NCBI GenBank assembly: GCA_965202585.1 | Contig: OZ241829.1 | Location: forward strand, 58,652,001-58,716,000 | DNA: 64,000 bases | Source of the DNA: Thalia democratica | Taxonomy: Eukaryota | Reading direction: 5' to 3' | Shown here: piece by piece, positions 38,031-52,019 of the stretch | Layout: each line of letters opens with the position of its first letter | Numbering within the stretch: position 1 is the stretch's first letter | The notes under the pieces: model-generated | What the model saw: the letters and a program-made list of their open reading frames with translations, nothing else | Database searches by the model: none | What the model was told of the DNA's origin: nothing | Position numbers and translations under genes: made by a program

Positions 38031-38214
38031 GAATTTATTGTTTCAAGAATTTATTTTACAAACTAAAATCGGTCAAAGACCTCGTCAGTGCTTAAATAAT
38101 TTTTATTCGTTCAATGAATAAGTGCAATTCTATTTGAATAAGAATTATTAAAGCACTGACAAGGTCTTTGACCGAAACTTAGTTTGTAAAATAAATTCTT
38201 GAAAGAATAAATTC
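38031..38214. repeat. Near-perfect hairpin/palindromic element (about 184 bp)
   Basis: Arms of about 80 bp (GAATTTATT(G/C)TTTCAAGAATTTATTTTACAAACTAA...CGGTCAAAGACCT(C/T)GTCAGTGCTT) around a short loop. Confidence 0.8.
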
Positions 38215-40344
38215 GTTAAGTATTCTGTCATAAACAATATTTCAACGGTTTTTTATATAATTTTCTTGACAAGATTTTTATTTATACAGGAAAATAAACC
38301 CCAGTCAGAATAAATTTTTTAATATATAAAATAAGTTTATTTAATTAGCTTTATCTTCCTACAATATACTAAACTTATATGTTTGAAAAAATACTTAGCT
38401 TTTATGAATAAAATTGGGTGAAAAATCTGTTTTTTGTAAAAAAAGCAATTATAGAAAAAATTTTAAACAATTTTCTCATAATTGATGAAAAAGTTGTGAC
38501 AAATCTCAAGCATATTAAATGTTTTTTTTAAATTAAATGTTATTTTTTTCTTTTTAAAAGAATTTTTATTTAGTTTTTCTTCCTTATATATAGTTTGATC
38601 CCTGTTTTTTGTTACAAACTAGTAATATCTATATACCATGGATTAAAATTGTTTATTTTCTTCTAAAACAAGGTTTATAAAATTTTAATGCTATAAGCTT
38701 TCACTTTTTATATAGTTATATCATCTATTTGTTATTTCAACTTAAACTTTCTTTTTTGTCCGAGTTTCACAAAACTAGTTTAAAATTAATAATGTATTTT
38801 CAGAATGTTTTTTTGATTAACCTTAGCAGATATTTTTTTTTTAACACGTATTTAAAATAATTGTTAATTAAGCAAGCAGAAATTTTAGTTGGCAAATTTA
38901 TAACATTATACTTACATAGCGCGTGTTTAAACATTTGTTTAATAGAATTCAATGTAACCGAGTATTAAGTTTTTTTTTTTCTTGATAGAAACTAGTTTTT
39001 TATATAAAACAGTAATAGTGCAAATTTAAATTTGTTTAGTTCTTTTTTATTGTTAATGAAAATTGGAAACTTTTTGTAATAAAACATTTTATACAAGTAT
39101 TTTTAGCATAAAAGAATTTAATAATGTACATATCTTTTTGTTATTTAAATAAAACGTGCCCTTTAAACTTCAGAATAAAATATTTCATGAGAGATATAGA
39201 AAAAGGTTTTACGTTGAAAGAGATGAGTTAGAGGCTACTTAGCAAAACACTAACAAATTAAACAATAGAATAACATGCTTGCAGAAAAAATAAATTTAAT
39301 TCAAACAAAATAATTTTTTTTTTTTTGTTCAGAATTTTAAAACAATTATTTTGTAACATTAATCAAAGTTTTGTTTTAATATTTTGAATTTTTAAACTGT
39401 TTTTTAATAGTTTTAATTTCTGATAGAAGTTTTTATTTTATCTTTTTCAAGTAAGCTCGTTACTTAAAATAATTAATGTTTAAAATTTTCAATGTATTTT
39501 CTAAACGAGGCCATTATCATTTGGAGGTAAAAAGAGTTTAATCTTATTCTTGATTAGCGAATAAAACTGCCTTACTTTATACAATAAACAAAATATTATA
39601 CTAATTTACTTAAGAGTTTACTGTTGTTATAAACTATTAAATAAAAAAAAATATAGCTGTAGGGAAAGTTATACTTAGAAGTTTTAACAAAAATTAGTTT
39701 TTTTATAAAAATCAAAACTTTAAAAACTTTGTTAACTACTTTTCTTAATGTCTATTTTTGATTAAATAAAGTTAATAGTAAAAAATCGTTGTTTTTATAG
39801 AAACGCTGTAGTCTAAATTAATGCTGTAGTTTGAAAGAGAATGTTTTAACTATCTTTTTATTTGTGAAATTAGATTTAAACTAAAATAAAACTTTGCCAA
39901 TGTTTAAAATGTTTTTTTTTCTATATAGCGGCATTAAAATCTATATATATCTATCTTATGCTTCCAGTACATTAAAGCGTCGCCCATAGGAAAGCAAAGT
40001 TGTATCGGTTTAAGTTCTTGATTCTAAAAATTTAGATTTCATTATCATAAAAAAAATTTTTAAGCTTCAATTTTTTTAAAGCTACAAAATTAACTTTGAA
40101 TTTCATGTTTTTTCAGTTAGATTAGCTTGTTTGCTTAAAAAGCTTGTAGAAATAAAAAAGAATTAAGATATAAACTTTCATTGTAATAACTAATATTTTA
40201 ATTTTTTTGATACTGTTTAAATAAAGAAAATAGAAGTTTTATTTTATAGTTCAGTTTTTTTTTTGTTTGACACGGTTCAAAAACTACAATAAAAAATTAA
40301 CTGCTCAGTATAGTCTTGTATTTATAACTTTAAAGTGAAGTAAG

Positions 40345-43300
40345 ATGTTCCTTCTACAAAATGTGGTTTATTTTTGTATTTTAATGGCTAAAGAAAGTTT
40401 TGAAGCGTCTCTGGCAACACAAGAAAGTAAGGTTTTACTTTTTATTTCATTGTCATTATATTTTTTGATATTAAAGTATTACGAACTATAAAGTTTATAA
40501 TACTGTATTTACCAATTAAGATTTTTCAATACAATAATTTTGATCTAAACTTAATTTTTGTCTTAAAATTTAATGTTTTTAGTGAAATGTATAAGTTATT
40601 TATTTTTCATAATTTTTTTAAGAAACTATTTTTAAAAACCTTACAAAATTTTCGACATATTTTTAAAGTTTTGAATAGTTTTAATTAGTAAAAACAAAGC
40701 TTAACTAATTACAAGTTTTAAAAATGTTATGATTAAGTAGAATAGTATCTAAGAGTTTATTATTGAAAGAAAAAATCATATAAGATATTAAAACCAAACA
40801 AAGTTGTAAATATTTTTATGATTTTAAAATAAATATCATTATTGTAATGAAAAAAATTGATTAAAATATGTCTAACTAAATTATATTTAATTAAAGTATG
40901 TTTGAATTTTTATTTTTGTTTCCATGCAGCGAGACTATCTATAAGAAAAATATTGTTATGTTTGATCGTTAGATAACATTGTTACTATAGGATTGATATA
41001 AAAAACTAACTTTAAATATAATAAAATCAGGGTATTAAGTTCACAAGAAATTTTATAAAATGTCAATAAAATGAAACTAAAATTGAGAACAATATAGAAG
41101 AAAAGATTATGACTAAATAAAAGTTTCTACTATAAAGCTATACTAATTCTTTTTGTTTAAACTTTTAAACTTTAAATTTTCTATTTAAAATGAAAATACT
41201 TGCAGATAATACTCTAAATAATTTTATTAAATTGTTAAAATTTTACAGTTTATTTTTTTATAGTTTAAGCTAAAAGCTGCTTTTTAAGTGTTTCAATGGA
41301 TTAGCTACAACAACGATAGTATTTTAAGCAATCACATGTTTATGATAACTCGATGACCGAGAGGTCTTTTTGTACACCGGGTCCTTAAACCTTTATTTTT
41401 TTGACAATTTTTGTTCTCATATTATATAAATTTATAGATCTTTGTTTTGAATAATAATATTATATATAGATTTTTATATCTTATTGTTTTTAATACTATT
41501 AATATTGTTATTGTTATTATTGATATTGTTAGTATTGTTATTGTTAATATTGTTGTTGTTATTGTTAATATCGTATTGTTATATTTATTATTTTTATTAT
41601 TATTTTTATTCTTATTATTATTATTACTGTTAAAAGTATTAATAATTATTGCTATAATTTTTATTAATATTATTATTATCTTTATTAACTATTCAAAATT
41701 TAAAGTTAATAGTTTGCTAATAGAGATCTTAGCGGAGCAAGTTCACTAGAATATATAATAACAAATTTACACAGTACTTTTTCTTTAAAAAACAAACACA
41801 TGTTATTTTCAGTAAACAAATATATACACCTTGTTTAGCTTTTATTCTTTGCATACAGTATTTTCTTATAGAGCTCCATTGAAGTGTGTTAACTTGTTAA
41901 CACACAGAAGCATGTGTTAGGTTGATAAACAAAGATTACTGTGTAAGTTTGTTATTATTAATAATAACAATTATCAATATTTTTATCATTTTTACTAAGA
42001 TTATTACTACTGTTATCATCACTAATATTATTATTATTTATTAGATGTACTTCCAAAATCATCAAATTTTTGTAAAATTTTCAAAAAAATTTCTACTCTA
42101 AATGAAAAAGTAAGATAATTTCATATTGAGGTGTTTAAAAAAATCATTAACTATTTTATTATTTAAATTTTGTTTTGTATTTGTAACACTTTTTTTATAA
42201 CAACATAAAGCTTTGCTTAAATCTGAAGAACAATTTACTAAACTTATTTTGATACATATCATGGTATTTAAAATAATTTGTTTATATTTCACAGACAAAT
42301 TAAAATGTGAAGGTTTCATTAGTGTTACTATAGAGCCAACTTTATTAAAAATTCCAAAAGGTAAAATATCATGTTCTTGGTATATTCAAGCATTACATCC
42401 GGAACAAACTGTTAGTTATATTTCGTGGCAAAATTTTAGATGACATAAACATTAAAACAAACATTCAAGTAAAATTTATCTTATCGTTATAAATGTCTTA
42501 TTAAGAAATATGTTTCAATATTGGAAAAACTAAAACTATTTGCACTATAACTGAACTTTAATTTTAATCCTATTAAATGTACTTATAGTTCAAAAATTTT
42601 CAAACATCTAATTTTTTTTTCTGGTGTGTATGGTTTTTAATCTGACTTAATAGGTGTTTATCGGTCGAAAACTCATGTTTTTTTAAATTGAAAAATATTT
42701 TGTAGATATAATCGCTTATTCATTATAGTAACTGTACTAGGGTTTTTAAGCATTCGTGCAATTAAAACATATTTATGAGCTGCATTCTTTGTTAAACCCA
42801 CAATAACAGATATCTGGCAAAAGCTAAAATAACTTTATTAATTTAAACTTGTGAGCATTTTTATACAAGCATAGCAATCAAAATTTAAAAATTTATAAGC
42901 ACTATAAGCTTACTAAAGTGTTTTCAAGTAACGAAAACTAGCTTTTAAAACGGTTTTAATGATATCCAGTAAATAATAAATATCTTCTAATATAGTTAAA
43001 ATTTTCAAAAGAAAATTATGATTGTAAGTTTCAATACCTTTTTCAATACCTTAGTCTTTTTTTACTAAAGTTGCATCAATAAAAAAACTAGTTTATATTT
43101 TATTACAATTCTTCTTATAAAAACTAACATATGTTTTAAGTCGTATATTTATAAAAATCTATAACTGACAGGGACTAAATATGAACAACACACGCTGTTA
43201 AATAATTTTCAAAGTTATTTGTTTTAATGCTTGCTTAACTCTTTAAACTAAAATACTTTCTCTGGTTTTTACATAGTAATATATTTATTATAGGAAAATT

Positions 43301-46300
43301 TTTAAGGTAATAAAAACTTTCTTTTTAATAAACACAAGTTACCAATCAAAGATAAAACTATCAGCAACTATTTTTGATCTTAAATGAAATACTTTTATCT
43401 ATTGTTTTTTATAATTATTCCATTTTAAAACTAGTTTCCTTTGATTTTTATATTAAGTTATCATACTTTATTTACTTTTTTTGCTAAGCCTTTATAAATT
43501 AAAGTATTTTTCTATATATAAGGTCACTCACTACATTTAAAATGCTAATAGAAATAATTCTGTGTAAATAAAGTTATTTGGAACTAATTTAATATATCTT
43601 AATATAAATTTATTTTTAACTTTTATTTGTAAATTATTATAAATATTAAGGTAAATAATAATTTGTAGTTGACGAATAAATAGTTAATATACAAACTTTA
43701 CAGTAACGTATTTAGCTTTATTTCAAATTGAAAAATACTTAAAAAGTGTAAACATTGAAAAATTTAAAGGTCATTTAATAACATTTTTGTTTTATACTGA
43801 TCTTAATAATTAAAAAACTTTCAAAATATGTTTTAGTTTTTATTACATTTTTATTTTTTTTTCACAATGACTTCAAAAAATAGAACTTGTAAAAGTTTAC
43901 TTATAAATTAAATCTAGAATCTTTTAAATCTTTTTTTTAATATATATAGAAAAAATAAACAATTATTAGAAATGCTTATTTTTTCTTTCTACCACGTTTT
44001 AGTGAGAATTTTACATTTTAATTTTAAAGAACTTGTGTTTTTTATCTCAAGATCTTTTTACAAATATTAATATGATGTAAGGTATTTTTCTTTTAAATAA
44101 TTTTCAAGCTTATTAAATCATCAAAATATTAAGGTTTAACTTTTAAATCTCTTTTCAATTGAAAAATTATAAGATTTAGTCAGAGAAGTATTTAGAATAA
44201 GCAAATAAGATTATTTATAGAAACTAAACTTGTATAAAGAATAATATTTTTTTCATTAAATCAGATTCTTTTTAACAATTTTTTTAATTTTAAATTTCAA
44301 TTGTTTAATTTACCTTTTGCTTAACTTTATGCTACTTACAGATTATGGATAAAATCTTAACGTTTGCAAAAAATATGCGGAACTATTTAAGAGAGCTGTT
44401 AAACATAAAACAATACTTTCTAGTAGTATCTTAAACATGTTTTACTTTTTCGAAAATTATTTGTCTGTTATCACTATAACTAACATCTATTTTTAACTAT
44501 CCTCTAATCTAAAAGCATTTGAACAATATTTTAATTATCAAAATTAAAAATTACATTATCAAAATACAGTCAAGTAGATAATTTCAAGAATAGAGTTATT
44601 TTAGAATACTAAACACATACATCTTATAAAAAAATACAAACTAATTTTAGAATACAAACTTTAATTAGTGATTGTACAAAATAAAAACTTTTATAAATAA
44701 ATCTTTTTAAAACTCTCTAGTCCTATAACCGAATTAATGAAAAGTTAATTAAAATAAAAAACTATAACAATACTTTTATTTGAGATTAAAAATTCAAATT
44801 TTATATACAAGCAATTAATATACTTTTACAAGTTATAATTAGATATTTTTTATTTTACAACAAAAGGGCTGATTAAAAGTTATTAATACAGCTTACCTAC
44901 TAACATTAAATTTGGTATATTATCATACTTATTTTTAGTTTTCACGATGTAATTTTAAGAAGTCTTTAAACTTCAACAGTCATAAAATGTTTAGTTGAAA
45001 TATTTTATATAAAAACTGACTAAATAAATGTTGTAAAACTTTTAACGTAAATTTTTTTTTTTTAGTTTTGCAATTATAGACTTAAAAGCATAACAAACTA
45101 TTTTTGTCTATTTTACAGTAAATGTTAAAAAATTGAAACTAGCTAAGTATTACAACTAAACGTTTCAAACTAATTTAAATTTTAGGGATTGGCAAATATA
45201 GTGCCCTACTTGGCTGGAATATATTTAGTAAGTAGCCAAAAAATTTAAATTAATTTATTAGTCTTTGTATTCAGTAAAAAAACTTTACAAATTTTTTAAT
45301 AAATCTTAATTTAAAATGTACTGACTAAATTTAACTACTTAAAACCTTATCTTTTTACAAAAATTATAAATTTTAACTTGTATAGTTTTTTTCAAGTATC
45401 GTATGCAAAAATATTTTCAAAACTAATTAGAAGTCACAGTTAAATTTGGAAAATAAATTTATAGTAGGATTAAACTTTATTTCTGAACTTTTTTTTTAAC
45501 CTATATTGCCACAAGTAAATAAGAATTTAAATACTTTGAAAACACAATCAAACAACTGTTTTAAGTGAGGAAAAGTTTACACTTTTTATAATACTTTAAT
45601 TACAAACAAGTCAGTAAATACTAAAACAAAAATTGTCGAAAAAAAAATATGTAAGATTATCTAATTTTAAAAGTTTTTTTCTAAAAGTATTAAAAATGTT
45701 GGTAAAATTTTGACTAAACTGCTTTTACAGCATGTTTAAAATAAAACTGATTTTTATTTTCTAAAAGTTTAATTTTATTTTACAAAACTAGATTAGTAAA
45801 TAAATATTTTTTATACCTTATTTTTTCGGCGTTAGTCCTTCATTAAATCTTTTAACTATTTTTTTAGTCAATTTATTTTGAGTTTAACAAGATTATCTAC
45901 TAAACGTTTAACATGAAAAAAAAAAAAATTGTCCACAGTAGTTTTTACAGACCTATTATAACCTAATCATTCAGAAAATAATACTTATTGTTATGGAGAT
46001 TCTATAAAAGTTATTTCTAAACCATTTATTTAAACGAATATTTTGTATAAGAGTTTTATTAATATTAAATGCTAGTTTTCAACGTTATGCTTTCATTGAC
46101 AAAAAGCTTAATTCTGTTGTTTAAACTCTCTAGTTTGTCTTTTAAATTATAAGCAAAATGTATATTTATTGCGCTCAATAAAATAATCAATAAAATTAGT
46201 TGCTCAGTCTTTATTTAGTTTAAAAAGCTAAAAAAACATATTGATGACTGCATACACTTACCTTCGTAAAAAGTATTACTTTAAAATATTGTCAACAAAA

Positions 46301-48015
46301 GCTTAAACAAAAATTTGATTTATTTACTTCAATATTAACAATCAAACTTAATAAATCAATTTAGCAGAGAACATAAGTTATTAGAACAATGCTAATAATT
46401 TTTTTTTTGAAAATAATTCTTTTACTTACAACAAGATTTATACAAAAAAAAAATTCAGTTTTCAAACATGCATTAGTTTTTTATAAAAAATTTTCAACAT
46501 TTTTAAGATATTCTCAAATGTATAAACATTATTACCATCTAACAAGTAAATAAGTTTAGCCTTTTGCCAAATAACTTGGTAATTTATTTGTATTATCTAA
46601 TTTCATTTACTAATGAAAATTACTTTCCTGTTATCTTTTAATAACTTTTTGTTAGATTGGAGTTTCTGTAGTAAATGTAACAGCGAATTTTCAAAATGGA
46701 GGAGATATCACCAGCAGAGCTTCCAGGCTATTAATAGAAGACGGAAAACAGCAAAACAATCGAGGACGTCATTTGAAGCTAACAGAATCTTACGTTAATA
46801 TAGAATCATTATCTTACCTTTTGATCCCGACCGTTAGTGTGAGCGACAGACTCTACATCGAATTTCTCGGAACTACCCATTCAGTTTATAGCTTTAATTT
46901 GCTTGTATATGCATGTGGAGGTACTGCCAAGCCAAATGTCCCGTTCATATCACCAAATTTCAGTAAATTCGATGATGTAGATCAAATAAAATGTCGATGG
47001 ACATTTAGTCCTTATCAAGGTCAAAAACGAAAAGCGAGAATTTTTCAGTTAAAGGTTTATTGTAAAATAATGTAGTATTTTAATATATATAATCATATAT
47101 ATACATATGCATTGTAAAAAAAAAAGGAATTTAGCAATGTAAAACATATAATTATATTGTAAAAATGAAGATTTATTAAGCTTTGTTTGAAAATATGTCA
47201 TCAAGTTTTCCTTTCGGACTTAGTCATTCCTAACCCAAAAAAAAAAGGTTTCACTCTAAAATGTCATTAAATATAAAACTAATAAAATTATTATTAAACA
47301 AAAATTTAAAACCAATTTAATACTACTGCAGATTAACGATTATGTTAACGACTTGTGTCTTAACATAAGTCGTCGGGAGGACGGCCTATTTTACAACATG
47401 TCGATGGTGCGAGTGCACAATCATACTAATGAAACTGAAAGCAAATACGATCCTGTGACGGACATTTCTGAGCCGGCAGTAATTCTGACCAGGTCCGTAA
47501 CATATTGCCAGCACGACAACTACACGTTGGGTTTCAGCAGCAGCAGAGTTGAGGTTGTGCACGACGTGCTGCACCCGCGCAAGCAGTACATTTTAAACGC
47601 TACTTTTTTCGAAGTAAAGTTTACCGAAAAAATTAAAACGAAAAAAAACAAAAAGTGGTTCTTTGAGTACATCAACTTGATAATTTTTATACCGGTCGCA
47701 ATTCTGGCCGGGTTCGTTCTTATATGTTATCAACAACGGCGTCATTTAGCTGAGAAAACTTTTAATGCCATGAAAAGTAACAGCTGCGATCGTAGTCAAG
47801 AAAGCACAAAGTTTATTGAAAACGGCTCCGAAAGAGCTGCGAAAAGTAAAATATGTAATAAGAGAAATTTCAAAGAAAATGGCAAGTTAGAAGGTAGCAA
47901 AGAAAATAGTCCGCGTTTGACATACATAAAAAATAAAACTATAATAAAATTAAACCAAAAACGCGATGAAAGCTCTCAGCAGTTAAGACCGCCTAAACGT
48001 GTCTCTTTTAAATGA
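40345..48015 (+). CDS. Predicted type-I membrane glycoprotein with two divergent CUB-like domains (about 426 aa)
   Basis: Exons 40345-40426 (signal-peptide-like MFLLQNVVYFCILMAKESFEAS), 42295-42410, 46656-47054 and 47332-48015 splice in phase. CUB-like motifs KCEG...CSWYIQALHPEQT|IGVSV and ACGG...FISPNF...KCRWTF. TM segment YINLIIFIPVAILAGFVLICY followed by QQRRH. Multiple N-x-S/T sites. Exon 1 assignment is less certain. Confidence 0.7.
41455..41690. repeat. Degenerate (ATT/GTT)n low-complexity tract
   Basis: Direct reading. A similar tract lies at 41950-42040. Confidence 0.85.
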
Positions 48016-48344
48016 TTTATATAACTAGTGACAAAAGTTTAAGTTTAATCGATTGTAGCAAATTATTAAATTAAAGCGTGGCGCCTAACAAAAAATAGAT
48101 TAGGAAAAAGTTTTTTTTCTGTAAAACTTTACTGTGATGATCGTAATGTTTTTAAACGTTGTGTTTGATTTTATGAAACTATCATAAACTATAAGTAAAG
48201 TTAACTTACAAATACAAAAGTTTTCGATTCGTTTTTGTAGTACATTTTTGATTTTTTATTGTTTAAATTAATTTAAGTCTAAAAAAAATCAAACCTTTGA
48301 ACCGACTACTACTATGTTTAATGTTTTTATAAATTTGTTAGAAT

Positions 48345-48401
48345 TTATTTCGGCCATCAGTTGCCTCGGATGCTGTTGTTGATGGTCGTGTAGTAAAGTT
48401 C
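48345..48401. repeat. Remnant related to the Penelope-like terminal repeats at 54905 and 55551
   Basis: TCGGATGCTGTTGTTGATGGTCGTGTAGTAAAGTTC matches the sequence downstream of both hammerhead-like motifs. Confidence 0.5.
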
Positions 48402-51400
48402 ATTATTTAACAAACTTGAACAGATAGAATATCACAAAATATTATGATTTAAAATTTAAAAAAACTATACTGATTTAAATATAGAAGTTGTTAAGTTTTG
48501 ATAATAAATTAAATATTTTAGAATAGTTTTTCCTTCAATCATTAAAAAAAAATTTTTTTTTGATTTTGCAACAAATTTTTATCAATAAATGATTTCATAT
48601 TTACTGTTTAGTATAAAGATTCGTTGCATTTAAATATAAATTGAACTTTGTAGTTTTAGCAGTTAAGCAATTATGACTAAAAAAATTTAAACCGTAACTA
48701 AATTATCACTTGGGTCCTGATAAAGGATCTAGAATTACATTTAATGTTTTAAAGTTTATTTCTAATCTAATAATATTTTTCTTATTGTATAATTTTTCTT
48801 GTTTAGTATTTTATGGAATGTTTTTCAAGTTTACTTGTATTTTTGTTTGATTAATTAGTTTCATGGGTATTTATTTTTTCGCTAAAAAAAACAGTAAAAT
48901 GAAATAAAAAATCAATTGCGATTAATTGGTATCTATGGATAAAGTATTTTGACTATTATTTCATACTTTAAAAATTATAGTTGTTTGTAAGTATTTAGAG
49001 TCATATGAAAAAATTTTGTCAAGTAAAAGGATTTTATTATTTTATTTGAAGTTATTATATTAATCTAGTTGTATGAAAGTAGTGTAGGTAAAAATAATCT
49101 TTTGTGTTTATCAACTTAACTTTAGCTTACAAATTAATTTGTTAAGTTTGAAAAAAAAATACAGTATTAAAAAAATTTTCTAGATGTTTACAGTTTTTTT
49201 TTTTTCATACACCAAACTTAAATAAGTTATTTACTTTTGTTATTTTTTCGAAAAAAGAGACTAAAATTAGGCATTCAATCTGTACAAAACAAATTAGAAA
49301 TGAATAATAAAACAAATTAATAATGCACACTTATTAATAACGTCTTTTTACATGACTATAATAGAAATGATTGCTTAAAAAAAAGAAAACTTCAGTATCA
49401 TGCTTAAAATAAATTTACAAGAAACATTTTTTTAACTTAGCGATTCAAAAACTTAGTTTTTGCAATTACCTAAGCTTTAGTTTCTCTAAAAACTGTTACA
49501 ACTTTGTTGTGTTATTTGTGCACATAAACTAAATCAAAATGTATAAAAGAGTTGTAAAGGTTTTATTTTAATTAGCCGTTACTAAGTCTGAAAGGTTATT
49601 TAAAAACTTAGTTTTGCCTATGATTTAAAATTATACTTAAAAAATTTTCTTTTATAGTTAAAGAAATATATATGTTTTATTTTCAAAACTTAACTTAGTT
49701 TAGGCATAGAAATATATTTTTAAGATTAAATATATTTTGAGCATTTATTTTTAATACTAATAACAATATTTAGTTTTTTTTGTTTTTTCTTGATTTTATC
49801 AAAACATATTAGAAAAATGCTTGCTGTTCTATTTTTGTATTTTGTAGTAAACTAACTGGTTTGTTTAAAAAGTATTTCTACTTTTACTTAAATTTGTTTC
49901 TATTTTACAGTGACAACTTTTTATAATTAGGTTCAAATAAAATTTCTGTGCAAAGTTAAATGTCTAAAGTTAAAATTTATAGTTAATTTTAAATTATGTC
50001 TGAAAACCTTTAATAAGGAAAGTTCGTTCTATGAAATTGTTTTTTTCAATAAAATCTATACAAACTTATATACAGCTAAACTGCAATACGGTTAAAAACA
50101 AAAATAAACTAAAGTAACATTATAAAAATATGACGTAAGTTAAAATAGAATTAAGTTGGAAAACTTAGAAAAAATGTACTCCTTAAGTACATTAACAATA
50201 GGTTTAGTACCTTAAATTTAAGTTTGTTTATCAATTATTTTTTGCAAAAATGAGTAAAATTGTATTTCAAACAATATACAAACAAACTTAAATAAATACA
50301 TTCATGTTTTGTAACAAAAACTAGATTGTAAATTGACGACTAAAAGTTTCTTTGGTTACAAATTACTGATGAGTTTCAAAAACAAAAAGTCCTAGGTCTC
50401 AATCTACTGAGAAATTAATAGCTTAATATGGCAACTATGCCATATGGTATGATTGTCTCTAAGCACATGTAAGTCCGTTATCGATTTTCAAAAGAGTTAA
50501 AGACTTTTTCATTGATTTACAAACATTTTTGAAACTTTTTTTTTTAGTTTAGTTTGTAAACCAGTTAAAACAGGTATTAGTTTTACGTAAATAATCTTAT
50601 ATTATATATTGTAGTATTATAATAGGATTCAGGGAAATACTATTTTAAATTTTTAAGCATGTGAACATTATAATTAATTTTTCATAAATAACTACTGAAA
50701 TAAATTCTAACAGTATTTTATCTATTAACCATCAGTATCCTTTCTTTTTTTTTCAGTGATAAACGTTTTGCTAAAATTAAGGAAGAAAGTAAAATAGTGT
50801 GTGCTACAATAGTTCACACTTAAATACTGAAAAAAAAAACAAAAAAGAACTGTCTTTTTTGAAAAATCCTAAGTCGCTAGTCGTTTGGCAAACTTTCACG
50901 AGATAAAAATTTCAGTATTAAAATCCAATAAGTGTGTTAAAACTTTAAAGCTTAAATTCCCGAGTAAGTGATAACCGATGTTGCAACTAAAATGATTACA
51001 AACAGTTCAATTATGTAATCACTGTCATTTATTGACAATTTAGATAAATAAATAATTTGTATGTGTTTATGTAAAAAAGCTAAATTATTTTTGCTAAGAT
51101 ATAGTTATAAAATTTTGTTATTACTGTTACTTTTTTTTGTACTGATCTGTTGTGCTGGGGCAGAGCAAACAAAATTAGATTCAATGAAGTCAATGTAGTT
51201 CTTATATAGTAATTCAAATACATACTCAAGGATCAATCAAGTGTTAAATGTTTGAGTTGTTTTTCTAAATGCTCTAAAAATTTAAATATATTCTTACCTT
51301 GATCTAAAAACAATGACAGCAAACAAATTATGATATAAAACATTTTGAACATAGACTACACAAACAGTAAAAAAATAAATCGGGTTGAGTTCTTATAGTT

Positions 51401-52019
51401 TCAAAGTGTAGGTAGACATGTTTAGAACAGTTTGATAGATTGATTAAGACTTTTTCTTCTACAAGCCTTAGCTATCTCAAATATTCAAAGCTGTATGTGA
51501 GCTGTAATTGGTTTTTTATTTCTTTTCAATTATAAACTTTAAATTTTATTAACAATACAATATTTCACTCGCTTAAAACTAGTCAAACGAGATCTTAAGT
51601 TGAATAAAATCTGTAATTTTTTTATAATAACATGCAGGAAGACATGCAGGCTAAGCTTGAAATAAAAGAAACTAAAAAAAATTAAAACAGAAACTGGATG
51701 AAATATAAATAAAACTTATTCTTAAAATTACTAATATATGAAAATCATAATGTTAAACTTTGAAAAATGTAAGCTACTTAATAATTTTATAATCTTAAAA
51801 CTCAAACAAATAAATAAAAAAGTGAGTATACTAACAATTAGCAGCCTTGCGAAATTTGTGAACAACTAACAAAGAAAACAATTCTTTAACTAGAGCATTA
51901 GGTTAAATTTACTTTTTTTTTAAAGTTTGACTATTGTATTGTGACGTAAATATACATTGGTTTAAATATTTGCTTGTACAAGTTAAAAAAAAGATATATT
52001 TATCAAAATGTTTTTAAAT

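Noticed and set aside
41447-41749. 100-aa hydrophobic ORF
   Set aside because: It is the translation of an (ATT/GTT)n tract.
42045-42263. Extra exons of the CUB gene (42045-42109 and 42211-42263)
   Set aside because: Their splice sites look plausible, but the phases cannot reconnect to exon 42295. Exon 1 joins 42295 directly in phase.
50380-51700. A small spliced gene on either strand (MATMPYGMIVSKH..., MFKMFYIIICLL...)
   Set aside because: Candidate exons run into stops or need implausibly short introns. It may be a decayed LINE fragment.
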